Source: a virus (Duplodnaviria; Caudoviricetes). From it: a stretch of 64,000 nt of DNA. Both the position numbers and the translations under genes were made by a program. Location of the stretch: positions 209,302 through 273,301 of the IMG/VR virus record IMGVR_UViG_3300011242_000002. The stretch is one strand, 5' to 3'. The notes under the pieces are model-generated. The model had not been told where the DNA came from. It saw only the letters and a list, made by a program, of their open reading frames with translations, and searched no databases. Shown here in pieces: positions 35,779-46,661 of this stretch. How positions within the stretch are numbered: position 1 is the stretch's first letter; every line of letters starts with the position of its first letter.

Positions 35779-38725
35779 TTAAGTTGGATTTCGAGTCTTT
35801 GTGCTTCAGGAAGTTGACCGTGATGTCTTCCATCACCGTTAAGCCACCGTTGGTGGTGACGTCCAGACGTTTCTTCACCGCGCAGCGCAGCGTTGGATCA
35901 GAGACCGTTAACACCTTAATGTCCCGGTCAGGACCAAAACCTGCCACGTCAATGTCGACCACCTCAGAGGTACGGAACGCTCGCAGCTCATCGGACAGGT
36001 CACTTGCCGAGAAGGTCTCACGCGATAACAGCTCGGTGATCACTCCCGGAATGGCGCTGGTCAGGTTATCACGCAGCGAGGTGTTCTTATAACCGGTGTC
36101 GGTTAAGTAGACGTCGAGCGAGAAGGCCACAGCGGCAGAAATCTGGCGTGCATCCTTGGCGTTTGCCACCACGTCAATCAGTCCCAGTGTCTGCTTCGGT
36201 CGGAACACCACTTCCGCCTGGTTCAGCAGCTTCGCGTGCACCGCCGTCATGTCATCAACCACCCAGGTTACCAGCTGTTTGATCACCTCGGTGATGTAGG
36301 TGGCGTCGAGCGAGTTGGTGGAGAAGAAGTACGCGCCGTCCAGCCCGACCAGGTCAAACTCGTGCAGCACCACCCGCTGACTGATCGGAATAGGGTTTAA
36401 CTGATCATCCCGCTTGATGTCGCCGACATGGAAGCGAATCTGCGGTTGCCCCTCGGCATCGAGCAGCAGGTCCCCTTTCTTGTGCAGCTTGATCGGGTTA
36501 CCCTGCGCATCAAACACCAGCTGCTGACGGGAATCGCGCTTATAGACGTCGGCCTCATAGCGCCAGTAAACATCCACGTCGTAACGCTTATACGCCACGT
36601 CAGAAGGAATAGGGCGTGAACGGGTGTACAGCTTGTCCAACGCCACGCCAAACTGCAGCTGGTAGACCTGCTCGGTCACCACCACAAACGGCTTGGTCGT
36701 ATAGAGATTGCCTAACAGTTCATCACTGCTGGTCAGCACCACGTCGTTCGGCGATTTGTTGCGCGCAATACAGTTCAGTACCGTGAAGGAACCGGACAGC
36801 AAAGAGCGCAATGCCGACGGGGCGTTACCAAACTGACCAAAGGCGGTCAGCACCAGCTCGTGTTTCTCGGTGACGTCCATATTGGAGGTTAAGCGAAACT
36901 CCCATACACGCTCCCGAGTTGACGTGCGTCCGATGATCTTGCCGTTCAGGTAGGCTGCGGTGCTTTCCCCTTCCGGTGTAAACATCATTTGCATCAAGAC
37001 GTCTTCATCGGCCAGGTTCTTGTAGTAGTCCCCGGAGGCGGTGGTCACCGTAAAGACGTAGCCGTCGCTGTCCTTGCTAAAGGCGTAGTTGGCAATCCCC
37101 GCTTCCACCCCTAAGGAGTTGTTCTCGTTTAAGAACGAACGGTACTCCACCTTTGGGCGATCCATGTCGTAGACGCGGGTAACGAAGGCATCGTTGTTGG
37201 TGTCCAGCACATAGTAGAACGGACTGTACAGGTACAGGCCATTGTTGATGGCCGCTGCCAGGTTCTCGGGGCGCATTCCCTTGAGCTCGGTCATGCGGGC
37301 ATCGGTGGCCATCTTGTAGATACCGTCTACCACTTCGAACATGGCTTTTGGCGTGATGGTGATACGGTTGCCGTTGTCCCGCACCGCCGAGTTGGTGACC
37401 AGCTGTTCAATGGTCATCTGGGTGGTGATGATCCCGGTACCGATCGAGGAGGTCAGACGTTTGTTGCTTTGCTTACCGACACTACGGCTTGCCTGATAGA
37501 TAAGGCTGGTCACCAGGTCCTCGGTTTTCAGGGTGTCGTAACCCATGTCAGCGAGCGTGGCGTCAATCTGCCCCGGGGTGATCGGGATATTGGTTTGGTT
37601 ACTGGCATAGATGGTTCGCTCACGCAGCTGTTCCAGCGACAGACCGTTGGTGCCTCCGGCCATGGTGCCGTTGGTCATGATGGTCTTTTCGTTGAATACC
37701 GTAATCGGTGTGGCAAACTTATCCAGCTGGCGGTTGTCGTAGTTGAAGTCCAACCACTGGGCGGTGACCGTTGAGCCATCGACCGCGGTCGGCTCTAAGT
37801 ACAGTGCGCCCTGTGAGGTATAAACATCGACGCGTACCTGGCGACCAATACCCAAACCGTTCGCCACGTAGATCTCCGGCAGGCGTACTTCAACCGTTCG
37901 TTCCAGCACCTTCAGGGTAAAGGTCAAACGAGAGGCGTCAAACACCTGATCGCTGTGGGTGGTATGGGCTTCTTCCCATGCACCATCGGAGCTGGTTCGC
38001 GTCCACACCCGAGCGTAGTAGAACTGCTCGTCGTTCAGGCTAAAGGTATTCTTGTAGCCGGACATGGCGGTAATGACGCTGAAGTACGGGGTCGCCGTAA
38101 ACTGACGCATGTTAAACATGATCGACAGGTAGTCGGTGTTGTTGATGCGGTCCACCCGCCAGTTGATCTGGTTGGTCTCGAGGTTCAGCAGTGGGGTTGG
38201 TTGCGACACATCCCACACCACCATGAAGCCACCGTGCTTCATCACGCGGATCTCCAGCGGGTACTCCTGACTGAAGTTGGCCCCGGCAATCCCGTACATC
38301 GAGTTACGTGGCAGCACCAGTTTCGAGTACACGGCGTTCAAGTCATCGTTGGAACTTGCTGCCACCGGCACCGCACGTTGACGTACCTCATCGGCGTTCA
38401 GCACCATCATGAACGGCAGCCGAGCTGGCGTACAGAAGCGGTTCTTGTAGTCCTCATCCGACATGTGGCGGTACAGGTCTTCCTGGGTGTTGGCCTGCAC
38501 GCGATAGAACTGGGCAATCTCGTCGGACATGGTCTGCATGCTGGCCGCGTTCATTAAGGCCGCCATCTCGAGCGCAAAGACAAACGGGTTGCTGGCGTCG
38601 GGGATGTCGATTTCACCGTTCATTGCCTGGTCAAGCAGATCCAGCGACAGGTCCACCATGCGGGAGGGGTCATAGCGTACGGCCATGATCTGCTCCACGG
38701 TGGAGAGGGTAGATAACTCACTCAT
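35771..38725 (-). CDS. Large virion structural protein, probable baseplate component (phiKZ gp87-like)
   Basis: 984 aa; GAGGA RBS; wedge-like segments DVYTSQG and GGTNGLSLEQLRER; reversed orientation. Confidence 0.6.
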   Translation of the reverse strand: MSELSTLSTVEQIMAVRYDPSRMVDLSLDLLDQAMNGEIDIPDASNPFVFALEMAALMNAASMQTMSDEIAQFYRVQANTQEDLYRHMSDEDYKNRFCTPARLPFMMVLNADEVRQRAVPVAASSNDDLNAVYSKLVLPRNSMYGIAGANFSQEYPLEIRVMKHGGFMVVWDVSQPTPLLNLETNQINWRVDRINNTDYLSIMFNMRQFTATPYFSVITAMSGYKNTFSLNDEQFYYARVWTRTSSDGAWEEAHTTHSDQVFDASRLTFTLKVLERTVEVRLPEIYVANGLGIGRQVRVDVYTSQGALYLEPTAVDGSTVTAQWLDFNYDNRQLDKFATPITVFNEKTIMTNGTMAGGTNGLSLEQLRERTIYASNQTNIPITPGQIDATLADMGYDTLKTEDLVTSLIYQASRSVGKQSNKRLTSSIGTGIITTQMTIEQLVTNSAVRDNGNRITITPKAMFEVVDGIYKMATDARMTELKGMRPENLAAAINNGLYLYSPFYYVLDTNNDAFVTRVYDMDRPKVEYRSFLNENNSLGVEAGIANYAFSKDSDGYVFTVTTASGDYYKNLADEDVLMQMMFTPEGESTAAYLNGKIIGRTSTRERVWEFRLTSNMDVTEKHELVLTAFGQFGNAPSALRSLLSGSFTVLNCIARNKSPNDVVLTSSDELLGNLYTTKPFVVVTEQVYQLQFGVALDKLYTRSRPIPSDVAYKRYDVDVYWRYEADVYKRDSRQQLVFDAQGNPIKLHKKGDLLLDAEGQPQIRFHVGDIKRDDQLNPIPISQRVVLHEFDLVGLDGAYFFSTNSLDATYITEVIKQLVTWVVDDMTAVHAKLLNQAEVVFRPKQTLGLIDVVANAKDARQISAAVAFSLDVYLTDTGYKNTSLRDNLTSAIPGVITELLSRETFSASDLSDELRAFRTSEVVDIDVAGFGPDRDIKVLTVSDPTLRCAVKKRLDVTTNGGLTVMEDITVNFLKHKDSKSNLTA

Positions 38726-38736
38726 GATGATCCTCG

Positions 38737-39774
38737 TTATTTAGCGTTCTTCGGCACCCACCACTCGAACTCGTTGGTGTTGAGATCGATACGCGGATAG
38801 CCCACAAAGTTGTAGTACTGGTATTCGGTTGGCGTCAGCTTGCGATAATAGGTGCTGCGGTGTTCGGACTTCATCTGCGGGTTGAACATCTCCACCGTCG
38901 AGTTAAAGTCCTGAATCAGTGACATGGTGTTGTAGCGAAAACCGACGCAGGACCAACTGCAGTTGATCTGGTTGTTGGCCTTGATCAGCGGCGTGTCCTT
39001 GGTGGACATAAAGTCGAAGGCAGCACCGATCGGGTTGGTGTTGCAGATGGCCGCATACGGCGCACCGATCTTGGTCACGTAGCGACAGGTCTGGTCCAGC
39101 ACGATACGATACGGACGCATGGTGTAGTCAATGTAGTTATTGACGATCGCATCCCAGTACGGCACCATCTCACCTAAGTACACCGCCGAGGCATAGGTTT
39201 GCAGCAGATCCAGGATCATGGTGATCGGGTCACCGGAGATATTGCTGAACGATGCCGAAAGCTGATAGGCCTCATGAAACTCTGATTGCCCATCCACCAT
39301 CTGCCAGGTCTCTTTACGCGCACCGGGAGAGGCTGTAAACAGGTCCACCACGATATCCGGGAAGCCGGTTAAGGATTCCAGGGTGTTGCCCAGAATCGGC
39401 ACGAAGGCCTGACTGTTGTCAAACAACCGACTGTAGCGCTTTTCCAGCACCGTGCCTTTGGCATCAAACATCGAACGAATCGCCCCCGGGATGGTATCCG
39501 GGTTGTTGGTGGCCAAGGAATAGAGCTTCTCTTTGCGTAACAGGTTATCGTATGATAAGTTAAGGATCGGCCGAGTCCAGAAGGTATATCCCATGACGTC
39601 TCGGTTTGTTGGCAGAAATGCGGCACGGTTACTGAACTTGTTAAAGCCGTAGTAGTTGTGTGCGAGTGAAGACGAGACGCTACCGTGTCCTGCGACCCTT
39701 GCCGCGTCATCAATTTCGTTCATCCATAGGTTCGGGTTAAAGCTGCTTTCGTCGGCCATTCCTGAGTTCCTCAA
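38737..39774 (-). CDS. Virion structural protein, tail tube/baseplate-like (phiKZ gp88-like)
   Basis: GYTFWTRPILNL, DYTMRPYRIVLD; synteny; start may be ATG 39759 after AGGA. Confidence 0.55.
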   Translation of the reverse strand: MRNSGMADESSFNPNLWMNEIDDAARVAGHGSVSSSLAHNYYGFNKFSNRAAFLPTNRDVMGYTFWTRPILNLSYDNLLRKEKLYSLATNNPDTIPGAIRSMFDAKGTVLEKRYSRLFDNSQAFVPILGNTLESLTGFPDIVVDLFTASPGARKETWQMVDGQSEFHEAYQLSASFSNISGDPITMILDLLQTYASAVYLGEMVPYWDAIVNNYIDYTMRPYRIVLDQTCRYVTKIGAPYAAICNTNPIGAAFDFMSTKDTPLIKANNQINCSWSCVGFRYNTMSLIQDFNSTVEMFNPQMKSEHRSTYYRKLTPTEYQYYNFVGYPRIDLNTNEFEWWVPKNAK

Positions 39775-39811
39775 AAATCATGTATATATTAGTCTCTTAA
39801 AGGAGTGACGT

Positions 39812-41014
39812 ATGTTACCAGTTACTGGCGTGATCACGCTGGCCTCGGCAATCGCTTCGTTAGGTGCTTGGCTTAAATCGGCCAAGGACAAGGCGAGCGC
39901 TAGCGGCAACAGTCTCGATAAAACGCTGCAGACCATCACCGCGACCAACAAGGCTGACCTGATCACCTTCACCAAAGTCTGCCGTATGGAACCCCTGGTG
40001 CTGTTGGATGACCGTCTGCGTAATGATCCGGTAACGCCTGATCTGTTGCAGGTGCTGACCAGCATCGTTGCCGGCTACTATCTGCAGACCTTTGCCCTGC
40101 TGGGGCAGATTAGTGGGGTTGACGTCATCGGCACCCTGGACAAGCTGAACCCATCCCGTACCGGGATCGGCCTCAACTCCTTTGCCGGGGAAAGCACCGA
40201 CTACATTAATGCGCATAGGCTGGCCCAGGCTACCCTTCCGTTCTATACTATCGGCCTTGAAGCTATCGACGATAAGGTCGACGGCAGCAACGTGCTGATT
40301 GCGAACCAGGGCGCAGCGAAGGATGAAAAGGAATCCAAGAGCAACCTTAGCGTGCCGGGTAACGTCGCCGATATCTATCAGGTCACCAACCTGGCGGTCG
40401 GTAAGATGATCAAGGCGGTGTTGACCGCTGACGGTAACTCGATTGAGATCCCGATCACCATTCGCATGAAGCCGATCACCACCGACTCGGCCTCCATTGC
40501 AGCGACCCTGTCCATCGGTTCGACCAAGAACAGCGTAAAAGAACGCTGGCAGCGCTTCCGTGCCGGTGAGCTGACCTTCTCCAACTTTATCCTGATGGAT
40601 GACGTGGTCAAGCAGCACAAGTCGATCCTGATCAAAGACAAGTCCGGCTTTTATGCTGAGGTGGTGCGTCGCGCCAACGGCAACTTGACCAAAGGGATCG
40701 TGACCGGCAACCTGTCGCTTGCCACCAACTCCAACATCATCGTCATTACCTCTCAGACTGCCCAAGCGGTCGCGCGTGAGCTCGGCGGTGAGCTGGACAA
40801 CTACAAGATCCGCGAGTCGGTCTTCACCACCGTGCACTGCAACATGCTGGTCATCGTGAACCAGGACCGCGGCATGGTGACCTTCTACTACCGTGGCGAA
40901 ACCACCGGCAACGTGGTCTCGGTCTACGACCTGAAGCTATCCGGTAAAGGTAACGGTCCGGACATCATGTCCATCTTCACTGCCTTTGCTGAAAACAAAA
41001 TTCCACCACTCTAA
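39812..41014 (+). CDS. Head/inner-body protein (phiKZ gp89-like)
   Basis: AAGGAG RBS; AGE and GLE motifs; NLAVGK; synteny. Confidence 0.65.
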   Translation: MLPVTGVITLASAIASLGAWLKSAKDKASASGNSLDKTLQTITATNKADLITFTKVCRMEPLVLLDDRLRNDPVTPDLLQVLTSIVAGYYLQTFALLGQISGVDVIGTLDKLNPSRTGIGLNSFAGESTDYINAHRLAQATLPFYTIGLEAIDDKVDGSNVLIANQGAAKDEKESKSNLSVPGNVADIYQVTNLAVGKMIKAVLTADGNSIEIPITIRMKPITTDSASIAATLSIGSTKNSVKERWQRFRAGELTFSNFILMDDVVKQHKSILIKDKSGFYAEVVRRANGNLTKGIVTGNLSLATNSNIIVITSQTAQAVARELGGELDNYKIRESVFTTVHCNMLVIVNQDRGMVTFYYRGETTGNVVSVYDLKLSGKGNGPDIMSIFTAFAENKIPPL

Positions 41015-41027
41015 GGAACCCGGTTGA

Positions 41028-41930
41028 ATGAACATCATTGAATACGCCAAGTCCATCTTTAAGGGTGGGATTGAAAAACGCGATCTGCTGAGCGAAGTCG
41101 ACCGCCTGGAAACCGAGCTCAGCAAGTTTACCTTAAGCGGCTACAAGCAGGCCGTGGGGATGGGGCTGAAGGCGGAAGGCAACAACTACTACCTAAAGCA
41201 GCTGACCCGCCTGTACGAGCCGGTACGCAGCGAGAACCGTCTGCGTGCGGTTGAGGTGGTGGAGGCCACCTACCTGAGCCTGAACCAGCTGACGCTGATC
41301 CTGCCGTGGTTGCGCAAGCAGCTGGAGCGTGAAGCCAAGCAGAACATCGCCACCGAAAACCTGGACTTCAAAACCGCCAACTTCCTGCGCTACATTGACT
41401 CGGTGGACTTCTACCTGCGTTATGCCCGCTCGATGCTGCTGGTGATCTCCAGCATCAAGGCCTCTGGCGATGAGGCGGGTTACCAGCTGGACAAACAGGT
41501 GCTGATGGCCGAAGCCAAGTTCCTGACCGAAACCGCGGGGTTCTTCACCTACCTGATCGGGCTGTTCTCTCAGCCAGTACAGACTACCGAGAAGCTGTTT
41601 GATGCAGTACCAACGGTGGTGGTGTCGGAAGCGGATGAAGCGGCGGTCAGTGCCGTGCTGGGTGATAAGGTGAACGCCTTCCGTAATGGCTTTGTCCCGA
41701 AAGAGTTCAACATCTTCTACCTGATCGGTAAACGCCGTGCCGAACGTCGCGTGAAGCGCCTGCGTGCTGCGGAAGCCTCTGCCCACGCCATTGAGCTGAC
41801 GCTGAACAAGCTGCAGGAGCTCAAGGCCGGCGGTAGCCAGGATCCGACGCTCGATAAGCAAATTCAGTACTATACCAACGTGCTGAACAAGCTGAACTTC
41901 GAAATCGAAACCATCAACAACGAAGCGTAA
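41028..41930 (+). CDS. Head/inner-body protein (phiKZ gp90-like)
   Basis: Helical 300-aa ORF with C-terminal coiled-coil pattern; synteny. Confidence 0.6.
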   Translation: MNIIEYAKSIFKGGIEKRDLLSEVDRLETELSKFTLSGYKQAVGMGLKAEGNNYYLKQLTRLYEPVRSENRLRAVEVVEATYLSLNQLTLILPWLRKQLEREAKQNIATENLDFKTANFLRYIDSVDFYLRYARSMLLVISSIKASGDEAGYQLDKQVLMAEAKFLTETAGFFTYLIGLFSQPVQTTEKLFDAVPTVVVSEADEAAVSAVLGDKVNAFRNGFVPKEFNIFYLIGKRRAERRVKRLRAAEASAHAIELTLNKLQELKAGGSQDPTLDKQIQYYTNVLNKLNFEIETINNEA

Positions 41931-41939
41931 GGGGTCGGT

Positions 41940-42470
41940 ATGTCTAAAGTAGCTACCGGTGCGGATGCCATCTATGACACCGGCTTTACCTCGTACGCCA
42001 ACCGCAGCAACGTGAAGTTTGAAACCGATGCCGATGTGCTAAAGCTGTATCGCGAACAGATCGCCACCCCGGCGGTGTTCGATAACTGGCGCTATAAAGA
42101 GCGAGTGCTGGAAGTGGCGGCACGGCTGCTGTTCCCGCTAGCCCCGTGGGTGATGGCACAGCGTGCCAACAGCATGCACTCCAAGCACGCGCTGCTGTTC
42201 GTGCGTGATCTGGCGAAGGTTGCCCTCGGTGGGGAGCGGGATATGTCGGTGCGTATGCGTGCGACGCTCATGACCGAATCCGCGGTGCTGTCCAATCCGG
42301 TGGAGTTGCGTGGCGATATGGATAAGCTCAACACCTATTTGCCGATCCAGCTGATTGAATCTCTGCGCGCAGAAGATGCCGGTCGTGCGCTGGCTAACCT
42401 GACCGACACCCCGGAGAAGCTCCGCGACCTGGTGCAGTCATTATATGTCATGTTTGGTACGGGTCGCTAA
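41940..42470 (+). CDS. Virion protein (gp91-like)
   Basis: Operon position. Confidence 0.55.
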   Translation: MSKVATGADAIYDTGFTSYANRSNVKFETDADVLKLYREQIATPAVFDNWRYKERVLEVAARLLFPLAPWVMAQRANSMHSKHALLFVRDLAKVALGGERDMSVRMRATLMTESAVLSNPVELRGDMDKLNTYLPIQLIESLRAEDAGRALANLTDTPEKLRDLVQSLYVMFGTGR

Positions 42471-42501
42471 GACCCGCATCATCTATCTATCATAAGAGGA
42501 A

Positions 42502-43965
42502 ATGGTAATGAGTTCACCTATTCTTGATGCGCTGCTGGGCACCGGCCTGGAAGCTTTCGAAGAGCAAACCCCGGAAGTGGCACCGGTACCGTCTATTGAC
42601 GTTGCCGTCTGTGAAGACGAAGTTGCCGTGGTGGAAGCTGCGACTGGTGCCGTACAGGCAGAAGCTGCAATGCTGGACAGCGTTGAGGCCGTGATTGAAA
42701 CCGACACCCTGGTCGACGCCCAAACCGAGCTGGTGTGCGAGACCGTGGAAGTGGTAGCGTCCATGGAGAGCTTTATCGGTTCCCCAATGTCCAAACAGGA
42801 CGCCCTGGCGTTGCAGATGCGTGTGGTGCAGGCAACCCGCGGTCAGTACGGTAAAGAACGCATTGTAGGTTCCGTGGAATCCTTCGGTACCGATATTACC
42901 ACTGACGACGCCCTGCAGGCGGGTCTGGAAGGGATCGGTGAATTCCTGACCGCAGCGAAGAACAAGCTGTCCGGTCTGGTTGCTGCCCTGCGTGCACGCG
43001 TGAGCGGTTTCTTCAAAGACGCGTTTGTCAACTTTGACAAAGTGGCCAAGCGTTCTGCTGCCGTACAGCGTCTGGCAAAAGGCACCACCGGTGAATCTAA
43101 CTCTTCTGCAATCCAGCTGAGCATCGATACCGCAATGCACCTGGTAAAAGACGGCAAGTTGGCACCTAACCTGGCCAACCTGGTCGCTGACCTGTCCAAG
43201 ACTGCCGAAGCGGTGATGCGTGTTAACAACAACGAACTGGCAGAGCACCGTAAGAAGTTCATCGATCTGGTGAACCCGCTGGCCAGCGCGGACATTGAAA
43301 CCGCGTCAGGCATTGCGAAGAAGGTCGGCGAATGGCGTCTGCCAAAACCGGGCTATGCGAAAACCAAGATTCAAACCAGCTCGCGTACCCTCGACACCTT
43401 CCGCAGTGATGTGCTGCCGGGTGATGAAGCCCTGATCGTGGAAGTCCCGATTGATCTGGACAAAGGTACCAGCCTGAGTAAGCAGCTGGAAATTGCCGGA
43501 GACCAGGCCTGGGCGAACGGCGTTGCGCTGAAGGAAGTGGCGAAGAAGCCAAGCAAGCTGGATCTGGCTATCGACACCCTGAAGCCGGCGGAGATCGTCA
43601 AGATCACCGAAACCATCGATGCGATCCTCGGTGACATCAAAACCTACTCCAAGACCTGGGGTGCGTGGGATGAAGCCAACAACGAACTGGATCGCCTGAT
43701 GGGTATCCTGATCAACGTGCGTTGGGAAGGCGACGTAGCGCAGTACGAAGGTACCGCTGAAGATGCTTACGGTGATGCTTACGTGATGACCAGCACCCTG
43801 AACATGCGTCTGGCCGATACCGTTTACTACATCAACAGCGCGTACGGCTTCCTGTCTACCCAGCCGACTATCCTGCTGTCGAAGAAGCTGATCGTGGTGC
43901 TGAACCGTGTGCTGGAAGTGTGCGAACGCTCCCTGGCCACCTATTCCGATAACAACCTGAAATAA
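42502..43965 (+). CDS. phiKZ internal head protein family paralog
   Basis: Acidic propeptide with GLEAFEE, SMES, SVES and GLEG. Confidence 0.75.
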   Translation: MVMSSPILDALLGTGLEAFEEQTPEVAPVPSIDVAVCEDEVAVVEAATGAVQAEAAMLDSVEAVIETDTLVDAQTELVCETVEVVASMESFIGSPMSKQDALALQMRVVQATRGQYGKERIVGSVESFGTDITTDDALQAGLEGIGEFLTAAKNKLSGLVAALRARVSGFFKDAFVNFDKVAKRSAAVQRLAKGTTGESNSSAIQLSIDTAMHLVKDGKLAPNLANLVADLSKTAEAVMRVNNNELAEHRKKFIDLVNPLASADIETASGIAKKVGEWRLPKPGYAKTKIQTSSRTLDTFRSDVLPGDEALIVEVPIDLDKGTSLSKQLEIAGDQAWANGVALKEVAKKPSKLDLAIDTLKPAEIVKITETIDAILGDIKTYSKTWGAWDEANNELDRLMGILINVRWEGDVAQYEGTAEDAYGDAYVMTSTLNMRLADTVYYINSAYGFLSTQPTILLSKKLIVVLNRVLEVCERSLATYSDNNLK

Positions 43966-43975
43966 GGATAACGAG

Positions 43976-45292
43976 ATGCGCACGTCATTTCTTGATCATG
44001 CGCTCTCCACTGGTCTGGAGGGGTTCGCCTCTCCAGATACCAATGCAGAGACTACACCAGATTCCGTTATGTCCAGTGCCCACCGACTGGCGCTGGACGC
44101 CGATGCTGATTTAACCCACGCCCACCAAACCGTCTCCGATCTCACCCGTCTGGGCAATGGCCTGGAAGGGTTGATGATCGAAGTTGCACATTTGGAACAG
44201 AAAGATGACGTCACCAGCGAAGAGCTTGCCGTGCTGCGTGAATCCGCGATGGCGGTACGTCGTCAGTTCCTGAGTGAAGAAGAGCGCCGCGTGTTTGACG
44301 GTGTGTTGGAAGGCCGCCTGGAAGGCTCTACCGAAGGTTTAGGCGACCTGTTGAAAAACGTCGGCACCAAGCTTGGCTACGCGGTGGGTAACTTATTCGA
44401 CAGCCTGAAGCGCAGCTTTGGCGGTAATAAGGAGATGCTGTCACTCATCGATCGCAAGCTGTCTGACACGTTAGCGCGTCTGGCCAACCTGCCGGATGTC
44501 ACTTATGAACGTACCCTGTCAAAAGACGATGCGGTGCTGTTCTCCCTGCAGGGTAAGGTTGACGCTCATGCGGTGCTGGCTGATTTGCCAAAGGCTGTTC
44601 AGGCCTGGTACTTCCAGCCGATGACGGACATCCTGGATCGCATCGAGCTGCTCTCGGCTCACCTGGCCGAAACCCTGAACACCACGAGCGAAGAGCAGTA
44701 CAACGAGGTGGTGGAAGCGAAGGCTGGCCTGTATACCGTTCCACTGCCATCATCCGCGGCACAGGTGGATACCGTTACCGGTAAGTACTACGTATTCGAC
44801 CTGTACGACATTTACCAGTCTTACGGCACCCGTAGCCGTTCGGTCTATGTGGCACGCCCGAACAAGGGTACGCAGTCCGTCAGTACTCAGTATGCGAACG
44901 CATCGGCCTTAGGCGTGTCAGAAGCCGTCATGACCAGCGAACGCGCCCGCAACGCCCAGCCGGCTAAGGTAACCTTTACCAAAGCTCAGCTGATGGAAGG
45001 TGTGCAGCAGCTGAAGACGGTGATCAAAGATCTGATGGCGTACATGGAGCAGCAGTCGCTGATCGTTCAGAGCTATCGCAACTACGTGCAGTCCACCAAC
45101 AACTACGAAAACTTTAAGAAGAATTCGTTTGTTGACAAACAGGTGCTGGCGCGCGTGGGTGCTCAGGCGGGCGCTATCCTTGCTCTCTTTGACATGGTCT
45201 GCATCTCCTTCTACCCAACAGCCAAAGACGTGGATGCGATGGCGGCGGTACTGAAAGCCTTCGTTTACAGCTCCGATCTGAGTAAGGGTTAA
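43976..45292 (+). CDS. phiKZ internal head protein family paralog
   Basis: GLEGF, GLEG and STEG motifs. Confidence 0.72.
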   Translation: MRTSFLDHALSTGLEGFASPDTNAETTPDSVMSSAHRLALDADADLTHAHQTVSDLTRLGNGLEGLMIEVAHLEQKDDVTSEELAVLRESAMAVRRQFLSEEERRVFDGVLEGRLEGSTEGLGDLLKNVGTKLGYAVGNLFDSLKRSFGGNKEMLSLIDRKLSDTLARLANLPDVTYERTLSKDDAVLFSLQGKVDAHAVLADLPKAVQAWYFQPMTDILDRIELLSAHLAETLNTTSEEQYNEVVEAKAGLYTVPLPSSAAQVDTVTGKYYVFDLYDIYQSYGTRSRSVYVARPNKGTQSVSTQYANASALGVSEAVMTSERARNAQPAKVTFTKAQLMEGVQQLKTVIKDLMAYMEQQSLIVQSYRNYVQSTNNYENFKKNSFVDKQVLARVGAQAGAILALFDMVCISFYPTAKDVDAMAAVLKAFVYSSDLSKG

Positions 45293-45294
45293 CT

Positions 45295-46650
45295 ATGTCC
45301 GACATCGCCATGTTGTTAGAAGGCGGCGGGTTGGAAGCGTTTGACGATGCGCAGGCGCCTACGCCTGCGCTCGATCTGACCGTTGACCTAACCCCGCTGA
45401 CCGAAACCAGTGCCGTCGTTGATACAGCACTCGGGGAGATGGAAGCTGAACGTCAGCGTTTGGTAGGACTGCGTGAAGCGTATGACTACGGCCAGTCGAT
45501 GCGTGAGACCTTATCGGAATCCGCCGCAGCCGACCTGCAGCAGCGCGTCATTGTAGTGCTGGGTGAAGAACGTGCTACCACCATCGTGGGCTCCGTGGAA
45601 AGCTACAACGGCCCACTGGCCGGATCGTTGCTGACCTGTGGCCTGGAATCGATCTCCGGTTTCCTGCGCAACGCCATTGCCGAGCTGATCCGTCTGATCC
45701 GCACCGGTATTCGCACGATGATGCAATACTTCAGCTCCGCAAGAGTCGTGCTGGGCAAACAGCTCGAAGCCAACGATCTGCTGCGTAAGGCCCTGGGTAG
45801 CTCTGACGCGCCGTGGCAGAACTGGGCGCTGGAAGCGAAGGATGTCTACCGGGGCGTGACGATCGGCAGTGCTAAGGTTACCGGACCCCAGCTGCGTGCC
45901 CTGTGCACCACTGACGGTTCTAGCCTCACCGTCCCCGAGGACTTCGTCGGTATCTTAAAGAGCACCGCGCACTTTATCCTGAACTCGGCAATTCCTGGAC
46001 TGAGCGGGTTGAATGATCATTACGCAGCCATCCTGCAGCTGGTGCGTAAATCACCTTCAATGTCGGAGCCTAGCCGTTTCCTGCACTTGGCGCAGCTGCA
46101 CATTGACCGCTTTGTACCCGCTAACCGTCTGCTTGCCAGCGGACCGGATAAGCACGGTATGTGTATGTTGTCGACCAATCAGCTCATGGGGGCAAAGGTC
46201 TTTAATATCCGTGCTACGCCGATCGTTATGCATCAGCGTTACGGGCACGATGCTAATGCCTTAGAGGTGGTCAAGCAAATGTCACAAACCACCGCCGGTG
46301 TTAACTCGGTTAACCTGCGGAACGTGCGGACTCAGCTTAGCGTACGAGCACTGTCACAACCAGCAGGTCTTGCCTCACTGGACCAGGTGGACTACATCGC
46401 GAACGTGTTCCTGAAGCTCGACTACGCCGATGACATGAACACCCTGGCCAAAGTCGCCGATCGTTTAGCCCATGAGGTGCTGTTGCAGCTGGATGGCGAT
46501 AGCCGTATGGACTTCTGTGGTCGTGTCACTGAGATCATGTCCGCCTTGACCCGTGTAACAGCAAGCGCTACCCGCGAGCTGATTGCCTACGTCAATGAGC
46601 TGTGCGATGCGGTGCGTGCTTACGTATCGGTCAGCGCCGGCATCCGCTAA
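45295..46650 (+). CDS. phiKZ internal head protein family paralog
   Basis: GLEAFDD, IVGSVES, GLES. Confidence 0.72.
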   Translation: MSDIAMLLEGGGLEAFDDAQAPTPALDLTVDLTPLTETSAVVDTALGEMEAERQRLVGLREAYDYGQSMRETLSESAAADLQQRVIVVLGEERATTIVGSVESYNGPLAGSLLTCGLESISGFLRNAIAELIRLIRTGIRTMMQYFSSARVVLGKQLEANDLLRKALGSSDAPWQNWALEAKDVYRGVTIGSAKVTGPQLRALCTTDGSSLTVPEDFVGILKSTAHFILNSAIPGLSGLNDHYAAILQLVRKSPSMSEPSRFLHLAQLHIDRFVPANRLLASGPDKHGMCMLSTNQLMGAKVFNIRATPIVMHQRYGHDANALEVVKQMSQTTAGVNSVNLRNVRTQLSVRALSQPAGLASLDQVDYIANVFLKLDYADDMNTLAKVADRLAHEVLLQLDGDSRMDFCGRVTEIMSALTRVTASATRELIAYVNELCDAVRAYVSVSAGIR

Positions 46651-46661
46651 TTGAGGTTACT

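Noticed and set aside
39860-40837. Long antisense and alternate-frame ORFs (e.g. 2176-3057, 39860-40837, 48184-49080, 53127-54131, 58625-59404)
   Set aside because: They lie opposite well-supported genes, lack RBSs, and are expected from codon bias and repetitive coding sequence
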